Source: Diadema antillarum
Lineage: Eukaryota
Assembly: GCF_040938485.1 (NCBI RefSeq)
Contig: NW_027271533.1
Location: 434,001 to 498,000, forward strand
DNA: 64,000 nt
Direction: 5' to 3'
Shown: piece by piece, positions 60,401-64,000 of the stretch
How positions within the stretch are numbered: position 1 is the first letter of the stretch
How the letters are laid out: every line of letters begins with the position of its first letter
Made by a program: the position numbers and the translations under genes
The notes under the pieces: generated by a model
Database searches by the model: none
What the model saw: the letters and a program-made list of their open reading frames with translations, nothing else
Told to the model about the DNA's origin: nothing

Positions 60401-62319
60401 ACTGGCATGGGGGGAAACATCGCTTTAAAACCGATAAGGTGCAGTGATGAAAATGGAAACTATACAAAAATGTACAGATGTCAGAAGTGGTGGAATGATG
60501 TAAACAAAATAGAGATGGAATTTCACAAATCATTTTCTTCTCTTTTTTTAAAACAATGGGCGCATTCCATTGATCTGTTACTGAGATATGTATGTAGGGC
60601 TAGGCAAATATTGAGGTCTACGCCTTCTGGGAGGAGCTGGGTCAAGTTTCCTGTCAACGTCTAAGAGAAATGAATTTTTGTGAAATTCCCTTTATTCATT
60701 ATCTCATGCTGCTTTGCTATGAAGACTTCATGAGCTGTTGCAGAGTTCTTATGTAGAGAGGGCAGCCTATGAAATTAATCACAACTTAATCTTAAACTTG
60801 GGAACAGACCATCCAATTTGCCCAAAATACAGCTGTATGAACCCAATAATAGTAATAACATTTTTGCATTTCCCGGAATTTACTCACACAGGATGTTTGG
60901 GGAGAACATTTCCTTTAATTTACCAACTCTTAAGCACAGCTAAATCTGAACACAGTAAAACTTCCTCTCAGCTTACCATAGATGCGGAAGGCATACTCTG
61001 CCTTCATACTCTTGGGAGCCGAGTCGCTGAAGACCGACATCATGTCCAGGAAGTCTTCAAAGGTCAACGACCCATCCTCAGAGGAGGAGAACACCTTGCA
61101 GATGCGATCCTTAAACGGGTTCACCTGGTAAAAATAAAATAGACAAACAAACATGCAAAACAAATAAATATACTTGTTAATTAGCATGAAAGAATGCATG
61201 ACATCAATTTTTCCTCTTTTTGTATGTATTTTTGTTGTTGTTGTTGTTGTTGTTCTTTTTCTTTCTGTAACCTCTTCCATTCCAACATCAAATGAAATCT
61301 TAATCTGTGAGAAAGAGTTGGTGGGTTTGATGAATCCCTGGAAAGGTAATCAGCAATGATTTTGCTTTTGGTGAGATTGTTTTCATTTTTGGTTTGGTCC
61401 ATTTTGCTATTGTTATAACGTTGTCCAGAGATTTTGCGATAACAGTGTCCCATACAACTGTTTTTTCAATCGAAAGCAAAATACAATGACGGATATTCTG
61501 TGCAATGTCCAGTATCAAAACACCATAGTTTTTATCCCCAAAAGCATCTTAAAGCTTCAACATGCAGCCCGAGCAATCAACTGCCTGTGTAATCTACACA
61601 TCGCAGTTCACATCCTGGGCTCTGGTATCATTCTATGACGAATTGCAGTGTCCTGCATCATCAAGCTAATTCCAATTTGAAGAGCATCTTCAGTGAACAA
61701 ACAATGTTCATTCCAAGAATTTAACATACCTCAAGGTTTATGGTTTGCTTGTTTCCATTCTACATATATTGTGGGGTTGTTTGTTTGTTTGTTTGCTAGT
61801 TTTTACTAAGCTGTACTATTGGGCACAAGATACATTTAACCCATTGAGGATGAGTCCCGAGTATACTTGGGCAAGTGTCTACGGGAAATGCGTGTTGTAG
61901 TAAAGTCAAACCGTCCTCAATGGGTTAAGACTGTAAGGACCAACCAAGTTCCTCAGATACTGCTGCCACTTGGTCAAAGGTGTGAGAGTACTTGCATAAA
62001 AAATTCTGACAAAATATGAAACTCATGAAAAAATATGTCTGAAGTACCTTAAACTGCGAATATTTTAATTCATTTGAACTGAAAAAAAAAAAATGTGAAG
62101 CTTTTCGGGGCACAGAGTACCACCAAAAAAAAAGTCTAAATCAGATTAAACTCTAAACTCTCACATTGCGGATTTAGTGCAGGTTCTTCATCAGTGATAG
62201 AGAAGGGGTTACTCTGTACCTTTAGTTCTGGTAACTCCTGGATTTTGTCCATGGGAAGGCAGGCATTCTTGTCCTGTCTCACGGCATCAGGGTCCAGAAG
62301 ATGGAACCTCTTGTGGACA
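57466..62319 (-). CDS. CIB1: Calcium and integrin-binding protein 1, 3' part (5' exons lie beyond the window)
   Basis: Exons 62220-62319, 60977-61124, 60207-60316, 58673-58761, 57466-57487 with phases 0,1,0,2. The translation [19 protein letters not shown]...FEDFLD...YAFRIYDFD...[13 protein letters not shown]...[20 protein letters not shown] has CIB1-type residues. Confidence 0.93.
61840..61924. mobile_element. 85-bp piggyBac-type MITE
   Basis: TTAA-CCCATTGAGGA...TCCTCAATGGG-TTAA. Confidence 0.85.
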
Positions 62320-62729
62320 CTGGAAGGAGAGTTAAAAAAAAAAACAAAGAGTAGGGCAAATTGATCTCAACTGAGAGTTATTCTCCACTTGTTTTACCAC
62401 ACTGCTATATTGTTGTCTCGTAAGTTATTGTTCAAGTAGATAATGATGGTCATACCTGATACTTTTGAGTCTTCAACCATACAAGCCTAGGTATATCTAC
62501 ATGAATATGAGAATACATTTCTAAATGCCAATTTGCAATTTTTCATAAAGTACAAGGATCAGTATATTTCATTGCATGTGACAGCAAAGATTTGTGACTT
62601 ACATTGATGCCATCAGTTCATTGAGCAATACAGTGAAATCAGACTTTGTCAGGATACTGGATCCCCCTCCAATAAAAAGACATTTAAAAAAAAAAAAGCA
62701 AAAATAAAATATTTGCATATATTTGCATA

Positions 62730-62948
62730 CTGTAAAAGTGGATATTTTCAGATGAGTACATGTTTGCGCTCCTCGGGGTAAAATGAATATTACATGTACA
62801 TGATGTTTTTAATTCTGCAGGATCAAAACATTTATTTCTGGAACATACGGAACACAAAAATATAAGTGTGCTTTTATTTTTCGCGCTTGTTCCTTGTTGC
62901 ACAAAATGTGTGAAAATTTCCACAACGCGAAACTTTCTACTTCTACAG
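62730..62948. mobile_element. TA-flanked Tc1/mariner-type MITE
   Basis: TA-CTGTAAAAGTGGA...TCTACTTCTACAG-TA; a partial inverted copy lies near 59545-59586. Confidence 0.7.
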
Positions 62949-63670
62949 TATGATTTTTAACTGCCATTATGTCCTCCATTGGTGTACATGTATCAGTGCA
63001 GTTTTCCAATACACAGTACAAAATGTACCTATCAAGAGCGAATGGGACCATCTTGCCAATGAAAAAAATCATAACACACAGGGTAATTTAGATTGAATGT
63101 GAATGCCCATTGTATAGAGGTTCATATCAGTCATGTAATGGTCACACGGATATCCTGGACTTGCGCAAGCTCCTGTTCAAAGATGAACTTATTCCCTGAC
63201 CAAATCACCCAGCAAACAATTCTTCTGTGATAATCAACCATACTGATCTTTCCCCTGTAGCAAAAACAAACAGGGAAATATGGGGACCGTCCCTTCCTAG
63301 TGCAGACTACTCCAAGAGCAGATATTGTGCAAAGACGGATGTGTCTAAAGTTCATGTTTGCAGAAACGCCAACTGATAACAGAAATGCTAAGAAACTGCA
63401 ATGACAGAACATGTGGTATGCAGTCACTATGTGTAATCTGCACGGGTCCATTTACTTCGTAAAATCAACACACAACATTAACCCCATTTTTGGAAACTGA
63501 GCAAACGCAACTTCTGGAATGAAAGAACTGGGATAAGGGGTCTTATGAGGCCTGTACATAATATTAACAAGCTGTGAAATGTTGCTACGAGGAAAGCTGC
63601 CAGGAATTTTCACTGGCTAAACTCTAAACTTGCAATGAATTTGGTGGATTAAGGGGCATGAGAGTACTTA

Positions 63671-63706
<36 letters not shown>

Positions 63707-64000
63707 GTGTATTACAATGTATGTATTTGGTTTTTTTTTCAAAAATTTGAAACACATGAAAAACAGATCTGAAGTGCATTGAACTGTGAGCAATTTCATG
63801 AATGCATAGTTTGAAAATGTTGAAAAGTGGGTATTGGGCAGAGTAAAAATATCTGAAACCAGATTAAACTCTAAACTCTCACAATCCTGTGGTTTGTTAC
63901 ACATGTGTAATTCAGATAGTTGCAGTGCCAGCATATTATACAATGTTATGTAGAGGGGCTGAATTCCCTAACTGCCAAACATGCATGTGAATGTAAATTA

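Noticed and set aside
63150-63197. GNKFIFEQELAQVQD, reminiscent of a CIB N-terminus
   Set aside because: No ATG, no donor at the expected position and no following short exon; the true 5' exons are probably beyond 64000.

Overview
AT-rich, intron-rich animal genomic DNA from a scaffolded assembly with two N gaps. It is most likely a sea urchin or other echinoderm; this is inferred from the SRCR/WSC/sushi gene content and the repeat families. There is no prokaryotic content and no CRISPR array. All confidently reconstructed genes lie on the minus strand and were built by hand from splice sites and intron phases. (1) Two tandem paralogous type-I membrane receptor genes have the architecture signal peptide - group A SRCR - WSC - sushi/CCP (x1 in gene A, x3 in gene B) - TM - long tyrosine-motif tail. 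Gene A spans 6454-21970 with 9 exons, four consecutive ones carrying frameshifts. Gene B spans 26556-42073 with 10 exons, an intact 639-aa ORF and one GC-AG intron. (2) A tandem duplication of about 4 kb (about 44940-49033 and 49034-52747) gives two intact copies of a 4-exon, N-lipidated stathmin-domain (STMND1/CCDC198-like) gene. (3) The five 3' exons of CIB1 lie at 57466-62319, and its 5' exons are outside the window. Introns and intergenic DNA hold MITEs, a hAT element with a perfect 8-bp TSD, a tRNA-derived SINE, a Tsp/pearl-like element, LINE fragments (Tx1, CR1/L2-like) and microsatellites. The best novelty candidates are the SRCR-WSC-sushi receptor pair and a 160-bp inverted repeat bracketing one of its frame-neutral sushi exons.
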